Origin: a virus
Taxonomy: Duplodnaviria; Caudoviricetes
IMG/VR virus record: IMGVR_UViG_3300031088_000782
Location: 245,535 to 309,534 of that record
DNA length: 64,000 nucleotides
Reading direction: 5' to 3' (one strand)
How positions within the stretch are numbered: the stretch's first letter is position 1; each line of letters opens with the position of its first letter. The notes under the pieces are model-generated. The model saw only the letters and a list, made by a program, of their open reading frames with translations, ran no database searches and was not told where the DNA came from. Of the stretch, positions 38,821 to 48,491 are shown in pieces. The translations under genes were made by a program, and so were the position numbers.

Positions 38821-38844
38821 TGTGAGTAGTGGCATCAGGGATTT
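38797..38844. terminator. 15-bp IR overlapping a promoter
   Basis: aaatccctgatgcca/tggcatcagggattt. Confidence 0.7.
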
Positions 38845-38916
38845 TCTGTTGTTGCGAAATTTTTGACAAAGATAAAATCAAAGTAATACAAGAATAAACT
38901 TGGGAAAGAGAGGGTA

Positions 38917-40377
38917 GTGAGAATGACTTTCAAGCAGGATTACATGCGCGGTTTGGATGCTATCTATGAGTATGCTCCGTATTTTTACCGTATTATGCGT
39001 TTCATCGGTATTCCGCAGGAGAACTATGACATTCCTACCGCTCAGGTGTCTTACAATCCGCACGATAAGACGATTCTGTTTGAGGTTAACCCCGAACTGA
39101 TTGAGGGTATGTCTGATGAGGAAGTAGGGTTCGTTGTTTCGCACGAAGCTTACCATGTTCTTTTGAGTCATTTGAAAGAGGTTCAGCAACGTGATGAGTA
39201 TCCTGACTCTGAATCTCTGTTGCTGGCTCATGAGGCGATTATCAACGATACTGTGGGTAATGTTCTCGGACTTGACGCTCCTGATATGGATTTGGTTTTC
39301 GGTGATAGGTTCGGTGCTGATTTTTCGGGGTTCTCTACTCGTGAAGCCTATGACTGGATTCGAGACAATGAGGATGAGAATAGCTCTAATGATGCACAGT
39401 CTGAAGATAGCGATTCTGGCTCTGATTCGAATGATGATTCTGATTCAGAGAGCAATGGTGATGAACAGAGCGGACAGTCAAGTGGATCTCAGAACAAGAG
39501 TGGTAACGCTTCTCACGGTTGTGGTGGTGTTTTTGTGCCGGAAGGCTTTGAGGATGAATTCATTGATGTTCTTTCGGATGTTCTGAAAGATGCTATGGAT
39601 GAAATTTCTCAAAAGGGAGATTCTGTTCCAACTGATTTTGTCAATGTTTTGAATGACATTGAGCAAGATTCGGGAAATGATATCACTGGTGGTTACAGTA
39701 TCGGCAACAACACTGGTTCAATGTTCGCTGGAAAAATGGATGACATGAATTTGGATTGGAAGATGCTTATTGCTGAGTTCAATCCGAAGATTCTGACTTC
39801 TGGCGGCTCAAAGTTCCGCGACAGTTGGACATCTCCTAATCGACGTATGATTAGTGTGTATCCGAAGGTTGTCATGCCTAATCGTGTCCGTAAAGACAAT
39901 TCGGGTGATAATGGTGACGATGTTCCTACATTCATTCTTGCTTTGGATATGAGTTATTCGATTCCTGAAAGACTTATTGCAGGTTTGGCTAATCTTGCGG
40001 ACACTGTTCCTGACAAGTTTGTGAGGGTTATGCCTGTCACTTGGGCTGATGATGTTTTGGAGTTCGATACTAAGCAGAAGAAGATTGTATATCGTGGCGG
40101 AACTAACATTGACGCTGTGTGGGATTATTCTCAAAAGGTGAAGAAAGAAATTGGCAAAGAGCCTTATGTTTTTGTTATTACTGATGGACAGTGTTCTTTT
40201 AACAATCGTTATTCTTATTCATATGGTTCTAAGGGTGGCCCTGTCAATGATTCTGTTGTTCGAAAGAATTGGTATTGGGGTGCAATTCAGCATCGAGATG
40301 TCAATTCTATCAAAGTCAACATGCGCAATCAGGTTGACCCTGAAAAGGTTTATCTTGTTGATGATTTCTTGGCTTGA
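38917..40377 (+). CDS. DUF2201-type putative metallopeptidase + vWA domain protein
   Basis: VSHEAYH, acidic linker, MIDAS-like LALDMSYS, RGGT, VITDG. Confidence 0.8.
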   Translation: MRMTFKQDYMRGLDAIYEYAPYFYRIMRFIGIPQENYDIPTAQVSYNPHDKTILFEVNPELIEGMSDEEVGFVVSHEAYHVLLSHLKEVQQRDEYPDSESLLLAHEAIINDTVGNVLGLDAPDMDLVFGDRFGADFSGFSTREAYDWIRDNEDENSSNDAQSEDSDSGSDSNDDSDSESNGDEQSGQSSGSQNKSGNASHGCGGVFVPEGFEDEFIDVLSDVLKDAMDEISQKGDSVPTDFVNVLNDIEQDSGNDITGGYSIGNNTGSMFAGKMDDMNLDWKMLIAEFNPKILTSGGSKFRDSWTSPNRRMISVYPKVVMPNRVRKDNSGDNGDDVPTFILALDMSYSIPERLIAGLANLADTVPDKFVRVMPVTWADDVLEFDTKQKKIVYRGGTNIDAVWDYSQKVKKEIGKEPYVFVITDGQCSFNNRYSYSYGSKGGPVNDSVVRKNWYWGAIQHRDVNSIKVNMRNQVDPEKVYLVDDFLA

Positions 40378-40417
40378 TAGTTGAGATAGACGTTTGTTGA
40401 ATTGTTTGATTGGGGGC

Positions 40418-40465
40418 AAAGTGCCAAACCTGAATTTTTCTCATGTTTTTCAGGTTTGGCACTTT
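40418..40465. terminator. 17-bp IR
   Basis: aaagtgccaaacctgaa/ttcaggtttggcacttt. Confidence 0.75.
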
Positions 40466-40468
40466 TCG

Positions 40469-40497
40469 TTGACAAGACATCAATTTTCATATATAAT
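40469..40497 (+). promoter_or_regulatory. perfect consensus sigma70 promoter
   Basis: TTGACA-17-TATAAT. Confidence 0.8.
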
Positions 40498-40532
40498 TGT
40501 TGTATATTGAGTAATATTATGGAGGCAGAAGT

Positions 40533-41492
40533 ATGTTAATGTTGAGTATTTTCTGGACAATAGGGTTATCTGGAGTGGGCGTTTTCTCTTTCTGGGTTAA
40601 TAAATCCTTGCGTGCTTCTCGTCCTTACAATCCTATGGCTTTGACTACAAGAGAAAAGTTTTCTTATATGATTAAAGATGTTGTTGAATATTTCAGAAGA
40701 GGTTTTGGGTTGTCAGAAACTCTACCTTTGACCCACAAAAGGTATAATCTCGCACTGAGTCATTTAGAAGATAACAATGCTGATTTTGTTGTTATTAATC
40801 GGAACTATCTCTATTGTGATAAATACCGTATTGCTTTGAAAATTCTTAATGAAACAGACTATTGTGATTCTCTTGTTCAAAAATTTCCTAAAATTCAGAA
40901 AAGCGAGTTAGGCACTGTTCTCAAAGATAAGATTGACACTTTTCATGAATCTCAATTGACTCAACCTGAATACTCTGATGCATATATTAAAACAGCAGAC
41001 GATTATGATTATTCATTTTTTGATGAAGTAGAACTTTTGGAAAAACTTGATGAAATAATGGAAGAAGAAAGCGATTCACAAGAGTTAGAACAGAATTCTC
41101 TTGATAGTTCGCAAGAAAAAGATTTGTCTCTTCTGTCTGAATATGATAAACTCTATTATCACACAGAGAAGATTTACAAATCGTTTGATGGTTTTGAGCC
41201 TATTATAGTTCCTGTTGATGAAAACTGGAGAGACTTTAAAAAACATGAAGATACGCTCAAAAGCATTTCTCAGCAAAAGGAAGACTATCTGAAAGAATTG
41301 TCAAATAGGGAATTGGCTGATGCTGAGCTGATTGACATGTTTGACAAAAGATTGAGCGAAGTGAAGATGGATAGGCTGAGGAGTCTGTATGATTTCTTTG
41401 CTTTTGCTCAAAACACGCCTCATGAGAATTCTGTTGTTCATAAAGATAATGAAATCACTTTGAAGGCTATGAATAAGCTGATGAGAACTTGA
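40533..41492 (+). CDS. TM + coiled-coil family protein
   Basis: N-term TM; ADAELIDMFDKR...ITLKAMNKLM. Confidence 0.7.
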   Translation: MLMLSIFWTIGLSGVGVFSFWVNKSLRASRPYNPMALTTREKFSYMIKDVVEYFRRGFGLSETLPLTHKRYNLALSHLEDNNADFVVINRNYLYCDKYRIALKILNETDYCDSLVQKFPKIQKSELGTVLKDKIDTFHESQLTQPEYSDAYIKTADDYDYSFFDEVELLEKLDEIMEEESDSQELEQNSLDSSQEKDLSLLSEYDKLYYHTEKIYKSFDGFEPIIVPVDENWRDFKKHEDTLKSISQQKEDYLKELSNRELADAELIDMFDKRLSEVKMDRLRSLYDFFAFAQNTPHENSVVHKDNEITLKAMNKLMRT

Positions 41493-41533
41493 TTATTAAG
41501 GATATTTGTTGAATTATCGCAAAGGATTATAAA

Positions 41534-41821
41534 ATGTTTGATGAAGATTATTTGAAACTGGTTAAACGATTGAAGATAACTGACGTTCTTAGAGCTGGCG
41601 TTAAGAGGTCGGATTATCATTTTCAGAAATTTGCTGAATCTCAAAACAAGGATTGGGATGATGTTACTATTGACGAATTTCTTGAATGTTCAATGGGCTA
41701 TGCATTGCCTGGCTCAACTGTCCCTGATGATTTGTGGGAAATTCAACAGAATGGACCGATGACAATTGTTACAGAAGGAACGAATGAACCTATTCCACCT
41801 TATGACCGTTCTGATCTTTAA
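41534..41821 (+). CDS. hypothetical protein
   Basis: 95 aa, AAGGA RBS. Confidence 0.6.
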   Translation: MFDEDYLKLVKRLKITDVLRAGVKRSDYHFQKFAESQNKDWDDVTIDEFLECSMGYALPGSTVPDDLWEIQQNGPMTIVTEGTNEPIPPYDRSDL

Positions 41822-41858
41822 CAAAATTGCTCCAATGAAAGTATATTAAGGATTCGCT

Positions 41859-42170
41859 ATGGATAACGAAAACAGAAAAATTGCTATTGTCCCTCGTTTG
41901 GCTTCTTCACGAATTTCAGCAAGGAATCTTCTTGAAGAGGTTGATTCTGATGAGGCAATTGTTGTTGTTGATTTTAGTGAGAACGAAGCTTGTTCAATCA
42001 GTTTCATTCAGGAACTTGTGAGAATCCATCTTATTCTTAACCGTAATGCGGAATCTGTTCTTGTGTTTCGCAATGTTCGTCAATCAACTGTTGAAAAAGT
42101 TGATTATGTATTCAATTCTTTTCCTAATGTTCGTAAGCGGATTGTTGCGGAAAATATTCGTGAAGGTTGA
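41859..42170 (+). CDS. STAS-like (DUF4325-type) protein
   Basis: SRISARNL...VVVDFSENEACSISFIQELV. Confidence 0.55.
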   Translation: MDNENRKIAIVPRLASSRISARNLLEEVDSDEAIVVVDFSENEACSISFIQELVRIHLILNRNAESVLVFRNVRQSTVEKVDYVFNSFPNVRKRIVAENIREG

Positions 42171-42273
42171 GACAGTGGGTTGTTTGCATTAGTTTTTCTT
42201 TAATAGGTTGACTCATTTGTTTTATAGAGTTAGAGTATGATTATAAGAATATTTCAGAAACAACAAAGAAGGA

Positions 42274-42513
42274 TTGATTGAAATGATGAACATTAAACCA
42301 GTTGAGCACAAGATGGTTGAAGTTAAGGCTACTGAGCTTGAAGCTGGGTATCCTACTGAATGCGGTTTTGTTGTCGAAGTGGTTTATGTCAGCGATGGTG
42401 AGGTTGTTGTCAATATGGTTGAAGATTTTGATGGAACTTATGATGCAACAGATGACGAAACTTTTGAACAGTTTGAATTTGAACCTGATGATGTTGTTTT
42501 GGTCAAGGAATGA
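42274..42513 (+). CDS. small acidic hypothetical protein
   Basis: Promoter 42208, AAGGA RBS. Confidence 0.6.
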   Translation: MIEMMNIKPVEHKMVEVKATELEAGYPTECGFVVEVVYVSDGEVVVNMVEDFDGTYDATDDETFEQFEFEPDDVVLVKE

Positions 42514-42628
42514 TTGTTCAAAAAAAACGTTGTCGAATATAGCGGATGTTAGTTGACAAATAGTTCTTTTGTGTTATTGTTGAAATTGTAAGAAAGAATC
42601 ATTAATAAATAATTTTTAATCAGATTGG

Positions 42629-42760
42629 ATGATGAAGATGCCTGCTGTTGAGTATGTTGAGACTTGTGGAATCAAGTATGCTGTTGTTGATGGTGCTTAT
42701 CATTTTGTTGATTTCGTAACGGGCGAGGTTGAAGAGCGTTGCCCCGAAGATTTCATGTGA
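42629..42760 (+). CDS. 43-aa hypothetical peptide (not in ORF track)
   Basis: MMKMPAVEYVETCGIKYAVVDGAYHFVDFVTGEVEERCPEDFM. Confidence 0.45.
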   Translation: MMKMPAVEYVETCGIKYAVVDGAYHFVDFVTGEVEERCPEDFM

Positions 42761-42800
42761 TAACATTTGTGTATTGAGCTCACTTTGAAAGGTTAGAACA

Positions 42801-43016
42801 ATGAGTAACGGAAACGTTCAGACTACATCGGGCGGAATTGGTTTCACCGGACTTTTGACTATTGTTTTCATTGTCCTCAAGCTGACTGGTGTTATTTCAT
42901 GGTCATGGATTTGGGTTCTCGCTCCGACATGGATTCCTATTGCCCTCGGAATTGTCACTCTCGTTGTCTTTCTTCTTGTTATGACTGTCATTGCTTTCCT
43001 GGATAGAAAAAAGTGA
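42801..43016 (+). CDS. small conserved phage membrane protein
   Basis: GGIGFTGLLTIVFIVLKLTGVISWSWIWVLAP. Confidence 0.75.
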   Translation: MSNGNVQTTSGGIGFTGLLTIVFIVLKLTGVISWSWIWVLAPTWIPIALGIVTLVVFLLVMTVIAFLDRKK

Positions 43017-43190
43017 CAGAAGAAAACTTTAGAACTATCAAAAGAACAGCAGGTTGAATAGTCGCTAAGATTATCCCGCTTGCTGTTCTTTTTTCTGTTT
43101 CTCTATTGATTTTGAAACTGTTTTGTGTTATTCTTGAACTGTATGAGAATAATTTTGTTCAATATTGTAATTGACAAATGAAAAAAGAAA

Positions 43191-43589
43191 GTGATGAATA
43201 TTATGAGCAATGAAATGAACGCTGTGAATATTGTGAAAGAACGATTCACTAATGTTCTTATGAATTCAGGGGTTCCTTCGGATAAGATCGATTCTGTTGT
43301 GAATGAGCTTTTGGGATATAACTTTATTCTCGAACCTAATCTTTCTTTTGAGAAATATTTTGTTGAAGATTCTTCTGATGAAGCTACCGCTCCTGGGCTA
43401 ACTGATGAATTTGTGTTTGGATTTCCTTTTTTCATTCGACGTTCTTTCAACCCTGAAGTTTGTTCTGAATGCGAAACTGATTCTTTAACAACTTATGATG
43501 AAGTCAATAATCGAGTTTCTTGTACTGGATGCGGCGAAGTTTGGAATGTCAATCCAGTTAATTCTACTATTCCCCTTGAGTGCTCTTAA
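43191..43589 (+). CDS. C-terminal zinc-ribbon protein
   Basis: CSEC...CTGC. Confidence 0.65.
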   Translation: MMNIMSNEMNAVNIVKERFTNVLMNSGVPSDKIDSVVNELLGYNFILEPNLSFEKYFVEDSSDEATAPGLTDEFVFGFPFFIRRSFNPEVCSECETDSLTTYDEVNNRVSCTGCGEVWNVNPVNSTIPLECS

Positions 43590-43629
43590 ATAGTCGATTA
43601 GTAGTTTAATTATTGGTTAAGGATGGTTT

Positions 43630-44058
43630 ATGTCTAAAATTGTTGAGTTTGAGAAAAACAACGGTAATCATTGGATTATTGATGATGGATATAAGCTAAA
43701 ATTGTTTGTTGATGAAAAACGACTTGCGCAAAATATTGTTAATGCTGTTTTTGTTGATGCTAATTCAATTAATGGGTTGAATGTAGCGTTTTTCAGTTTC
43801 GCAAAATCTGTTGATGTTTCACAAAAATTGATAGCAAAAAAGTTTAGCTGTTTGTCTGATAAGCGTTTAGATGGCTGGAATGGGCTGTTCTCTTATCGTG
43901 CGGCTGATAGAGTTCGAATGATTCCTGTTTTGATTCCTCATGGCGATAATAAGGCTGTTCAAGAAAAGTGGCTAAGTTTGCAGAAACTTCATAAACAGTT
44001 GATGAAAGATGATGTTGAACAATTGGCTTCAGATCTTGCGGATTGGCGAAATGAATGA
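43630..44058 (+). CDS. hypothetical protein
   Basis: 142 aa, AAGGA RBS, IR after. Confidence 0.6.
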   Translation: MSKIVEFEKNNGNHWIIDDGYKLKLFVDEKRLAQNIVNAVFVDANSINGLNVAFFSFAKSVDVSQKLIAKKFSCLSDKRLDGWNGLFSYRAADRVRMIPVLIPHGDNKAVQEKWLSLQKLHKQLMKDDVEQLASDLADWRNE

Positions 44059-44098
44059 GTAGTTAATTCAGCAAATAATAATTCATTTTATAATAATG

Positions 44099-44150
44099 AA
44101 GGAACAGTGACAAAGAGTTTGAAAACCTGTTTGTTCTGTCACTGTTCCTT
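44099..44150. terminator. 14-bp IR, long loop
   Basis: aaggaacagtgaca/tgtcactgttcctt. Confidence 0.65.
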
Positions 44151-44425
44151 TTTTGTCATCTTCGGCTTTCAACTTGTCTCTACCTATCTCTCAATCGTTC
44201 GTTCTCGCCCCGTCGAGCGTTTTTCTTGTTTGATTTGCACAAACTGTTCGTCAAAATTAAGAAAACGGCTGTATGGGCGATTTTCGTGAAATGATTGTGC
44301 TGTATCCGTATCTGTGCCGTTTTGTTTGTCAATCAAATCATCTTGTTTGTTAAAGAACTGTCAAATCGTCTAATCAAGATAGAAGAGAGATATTCTTTCA
44401 TAACGATTGAAACAATAAGGATAAG

Positions 44426-45172
44426 GTGATGAAAATGAATTATGCCCCAATTATGAGCCGCAAACATTTCACTGATGACAAACAACTCAATTTTGCTAAA
44501 TTTGCCGAAACCGTTGATAAAGTCTGGAAAGTTTATAAATTCGCTTTCTTAGGATTCATTTTCGGAGTATTTGTATTAGGAACTTTCGGATTAATGTCAA
44601 CCGAAAGCAATGTTTTTGTTAATGTTGTTGCTAACGTTCTATTGTTCACATTCTTTGCTTACTCAATTCGAATTTTGATACTATCAGTAATGAATGTTTA
44701 CGTCATAGACAACCAGAAAAAGAATATTGTCAAATCTGTTCAAGAAAAATATGGATTAAGGCTTGAACAAGAGAATCGTGCTTTTGTAGAAAATGAAGTT
44801 TATGCTCTCATCGACAATAACAATCAAGAAACTTTCGCAAAATTTGATTTTAATGATGATTTCACTGATGTGATTTTGACAGATGCACAAGGAAAAGAAG
44901 TTGCGAAACAGTTCAACAATGATTCCACAACCAATCGTCAAGAGTTTTTCGAATTTGAGAAACACGCATCTGTTGCAAATAATGAGCCTGTTAATGTGAA
45001 ACCGACAAATGTTGATCCTGACTTGAAAATGGATAAGATTTTCCGCAATAATGGAATAACAACTACTGAAACAAAAGTTGATGCTGACTCTAAGCAAACA
45101 GAAAACAGTGATAACTTAAACGTTGATGATTTAAATTCTGAGGTTGATGAAAAGGATTCTGAAAAATTGTAA
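44426..45172 (+). CDS. 2-TM membrane protein, 'KYG...FDFN' family
   Basis: KYG...FAKFDFNDDFTDVILTDAQGKEV shared with 62665. Confidence 0.7.
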   Translation: MMKMNYAPIMSRKHFTDDKQLNFAKFAETVDKVWKVYKFAFLGFIFGVFVLGTFGLMSTESNVFVNVVANVLLFTFFAYSIRILILSVMNVYVIDNQKKNIVKSVQEKYGLRLEQENRAFVENEVYALIDNNNQETFAKFDFNDDFTDVILTDAQGKEVAKQFNNDSTTNRQEFFEFEKHASVANNEPVNVKPTNVDPDLKMDKIFRNNGITTTETKVDADSKQTENSDNLNVDDLNSEVDEKDSEKL

Positions 45173-45285
45173 AATGAATAAGGTTTTAACATAATTGAAT
45201 ATATAAAAACACCACTAAGCAAATAAGCGAAGTGGTGTTTTTATGTTTGTATGATTAGCAAACTTTAGCTTACAACTTTTCTTGT

Positions 45286-45684
45286 TTATGAGGCTGCGTT
45301 CGACAGGTATTTTTCATAACAGAGAATTGAGTCGAGAATTTCCTTTTTGTTTTCTCCGACAAATTCAACCTTGGGAAACTTGTCCGTTGTTCCCATCCAA
45401 TTGATTTTGTTGATTCTTTCAGTATGGAGAAACATTCTTTTCAGTCCGCGTTTGATAAAGTTAGGAACCTTATTGAATTCCACTTCTGACGAAAGATTGT
45501 CTGTTTTGTCAAAATCAATCTTCCCTTCAACAAGAATACTCTTCTTCCTAAAATGCTTGAACTTTTTGCGTTCGGCAATATTTATCTCAGTGAAAGGGAA
45601 GATAGTGGTGATTTTCTTGCCTTTTGATGCAAGCGCGTAGTGGAACACTTTTTCTTTAAGCTCATCTGCTGTAACTTTCGGCAT
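45286..45684 (-). CDS. hypothetical basic protein
   Basis: 132 aa, GGAG RBS. Confidence 0.55.
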   Translation of the reverse strand: MPKVTADELKEKVFHYALASKGKKITTIFPFTEINIAERKKFKHFRKKSILVEGKIDFDKTDNLSSEVEFNKVPNFIKRGLKRMFLHTERINKINWMGTTDKFPKVEFVGENKKEILDSILCYEKYLSNAAS

Positions 45685-45861
45685 TTCATCTCCGGTTCTC
45701 GTTGATTGACAAATATATCGTTGTATCCATTATATGCGTTTTCATTAATTTTGTCAATGAAATATTCGAGGAAAATATCGAAAGGTTTGCCGATAAGAAT
45801 GAATATGAGAATAGTTTTGTCAAAATTTATCAACAATGATGTAATTTTTGTTGAAAAATTA

Positions 45862-45890
45862 TTGACTTTTTGGATTATTAATTGTATTAT
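45862..45890 (+). promoter_or_regulatory. sigma70/SigA-type promoter
   Basis: TTGACT-17-TATTAT. Confidence 0.65.
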
Positions 45891-45915
45891 GGGAGATAAG
45901 TTTAGTTTAAAATAA

Positions 45916-46644
45916 TTGAAGAAGATTGGACAGAAAATGTTGAGTGTTTTGAGAAAGTTTCGAAAGAAAAAGGAAAATAATCCGGTTCTTACAGAAAAAT
46001 CTCTTATTAATATTTTCACGCATATGTCTAAATCAAACAATGTTGAGGCTCGAAATATTGGACTTTCTGGTCTTAATATCTTGAAAAATAAGATTGGCGC
46101 AAAAGACGAAGAATACAAAAAATTCAATAGATTGTCTCGTTCTATTAATTATGATGATCCTTTTTGTCATTACTATGGAACACATAAAGACAGCATTGTT
46201 CGTTTTGCTTATCCTAAAATCTCTTTGAAAAGTTTTTTTGGAATGACAGTTGTTGAAGTGAAGAAATTGAACAAAGAAGAGCAGTTTAAATCTATCACGG
46301 ATCGCATTTGGATTGTAGACGGTGAATACATTGTTTCAGACATTGATTTCACAAAATATATGGACGATTTCAAAGAACTTGTCAATATTGATTTTCAAAT
46401 TAATGAACTTCGAAAAGATCTTAATGAGTATCACACTAAACTGTCGATCTATACTGACCAAATAGACAATGCCACTGTTAGCCTTGTTGAAGAGAAAATC
46501 GCAAGCGGCTACAAGCGTGCTGAAACTATTTTGGCGAACATTCGTGAAACTGAAAAATTTGTTATTGAAGATTTTGACAATGTTTCACAATATAATGAAT
46601 ATGCTCTCAACTTGTTCAACAAAGCAATGTCTGTGGACTTTTGA
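45916..46644 (+). CDS. coiled-coil protein, possible distant member of TM+coiled-coil family
   Basis: Promoter 45862; ends ALNLFNKAM. Confidence 0.65.
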   Translation: MKKIGQKMLSVLRKFRKKKENNPVLTEKSLINIFTHMSKSNNVEARNIGLSGLNILKNKIGAKDEEYKKFNRLSRSINYDDPFCHYYGTHKDSIVRFAYPKISLKSFFGMTVVEVKKLNKEEQFKSITDRIWIVDGEYIVSDIDFTKYMDDFKELVNIDFQINELRKDLNEYHTKLSIYTDQIDNATVSLVEEKIASGYKRAETILANIRETEKFVIEDFDNVSQYNEYALNLFNKAMSVDF

Positions 46645-46694
46645 AACTTGAACAATATTGATGAACAGAACAAAAATATTTAAGACGATGATCG

Positions 46695-47738
46695 GTGTTT
46701 ATGCTGGTTATTGTCTTAAATACTTTTACACGTTTCTCTATGTGTGAAGACTTTTATCATTCCCTTGATAAAATAAATAAAACAAGATTAATGAATAGAT
46801 TGGGTAATGGAATGGTTTCAGGAATATTGATTGTTTTTGGGGTGCCAGCTTTTGGAGTGGTCACCTGGATTTTTGTGATGAATTTAATTGCTGGAAAATT
46901 TGAGTTTAGTAGAAAAACAGTTGACCTTTCGAAAATCATTAAAGGAGACCAAAATACCCCTCTCCCTGATCCATTGGCAAACGTGAACCCAAAATCTGAT
47001 GAATACACAGTTTTTGCCGGAAATTACACGACAAAAAGAAAGTCGAATAACATGACAAAAGTTAATCGCGTTGACAGAGAATCGGTTAAATCAATCATTC
47101 AAGAAATTATTCAAAAACATTTCACACCGATGGTTATAGTGAAAGACAGCACAAGTGAAAATGAATCAGAGAACTTTGTTTCTCTTGATGACAATGACAT
47201 TTATCTTAAACTCACTTATACAAGCATTTCATCTAAAAAGGTGATGGAAGAGATCTCTCAGAAAATTTCAAATTACAAAAGTTATCAAGCTCTGATCAAC
47301 AAAACGATTTTCAATACAGTTGAACAAAATAGTTTCATTATTGATGTTCCTGCTAGTGATAGCAACGAGATTTCACATCGTGTACGTTCAGCAATAGCTT
47401 CAGCAGAGGAATCATATTCTCTTGTGCAGCAGGGTTTTTCTCATTTGGGGATTAAACTTTTCCCTGTTGAAAGCATTGACAAACTTGTTGAATTTGATGA
47501 AGCTCTCAAAAATGTCAAAACCTTGAAACAAGATTATCTGAACAAATTGACAAACCCTGAATATGCTGATGATGAAGTTATGCGATTGTTTGATGAAAAA
47601 GCTGAAGCATTCGAAACAGAATTCAACAATAAATTAGAATCCCTTATTGTTGAGGGAGCAGAACTATCATTGAAGAAAGATATTGAGCATAATGATTCTG
47701 TTACTTTGGAAACATTGAACAAATTGATGAAGCTTTAA
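46695..47738 (+). CDS. TM + coiled-coil family protein
   Basis: TM; ADDEVMRLFDEK...VTLETLNKLM; true start probably downstream (MNRLGNG). Confidence 0.7.
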   Translation: MFMLVIVLNTFTRFSMCEDFYHSLDKINKTRLMNRLGNGMVSGILIVFGVPAFGVVTWIFVMNLIAGKFEFSRKTVDLSKIIKGDQNTPLPDPLANVNPKSDEYTVFAGNYTTKRKSNNMTKVNRVDRESVKSIIQEIIQKHFTPMVIVKDSTSENESENFVSLDDNDIYLKLTYTSISSKKVMEEISQKISNYKSYQALINKTIFNTVEQNSFIIDVPASDSNEISHRVRSAIASAEESYSLVQQGFSHLGIKLFPVESIDKLVEFDEALKNVKTLKQDYLNKLTNPEYADDEVMRLFDEKAEAFETEFNNKLESLIVEGAELSLKKDIEHNDSVTLETLNKLMKL

Positions 47739-47898
47739 TGTGAACTGATAGCATTTTTCTTTTATGGGAAAATTATCATCTGTTTATAGTTAGCTATGAT
47801 ATATTGAGGATTAAAATTTTCTGTTTTGCTGTTGACTTATTGATTATTGTATTATAGAGTGATCTTGTTAAAGTTTTTAAGCATATTAAGAAAAGGTT

Positions 47899-48360
47899 AT
47901 GAAAATGGAAATCACAATCGATCTTGTAGTCGTTCTGAAAGTCATTCTTGGCTATCTCGCTGTTGGGGCTGTCCTGAATTACATTACAGCTTATTTTGTT
48001 ATCAAAACACAGCTCAGTAATTCATCAGAGAGTGAGAATCGTAAGCGATTTATTAGGGCTGTTTGGAGTTCAGTTATTTACTCATGGGCATCTCCTTACA
48101 TCGTTTTCACAGAATGGAAGGATATTCGAGAGGGTGCAATCAGCCGAAAGCTTCATGATAGCTTTTTTGTCAGTAAGGAAGATGGTACAGAAATTGACTA
48201 CAAGGAAATTTGTATCAAATATGCTGAAAGTGTTGATGTTGAATTTTGGCACGATGAAAGTCCTACATTTTGGGCAATTAATAAGCAAGCCAAGATTTAT
48301 AAGTTTGCTAAACAGAAGTATGATTTCAAGCCGCGTAAGAAGGAATCTGCTACCACTTGA
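47899..48360 (+). CDS. membrane protein
   Basis: Two hydrophobic segments; promoter 47832. Confidence 0.6.
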   Translation: MKMEITIDLVVVLKVILGYLAVGAVLNYITAYFVIKTQLSNSSESENRKRFIRAVWSSVIYSWASPYIVFTEWKDIREGAISRKLHDSFFVSKEDGTEIDYKEICIKYAESVDVEFWHDESPTFWAINKQAKIYKFAKQKYDFKPRKKESATT

Positions 48361-48396
48361 AAACTATTCAATAATTTAACAAACAAGCCATAATAT

Positions 48397-48447
48397 AGAA
48401 GAACAGTTTCGCAAATTTTGAGTTAATCATTGCGAAACTGTTCTTCT
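48397..48447. terminator. 18-bp IR between convergent genes
   Basis: agaagaacagtttcgcaa/ttgcgaaactgttcttct. Confidence 0.75.
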
Positions 48448-48491
48448 TCTGTATTGTATAATTTTTGTTAATTATCAGGTTAATTGGATTG

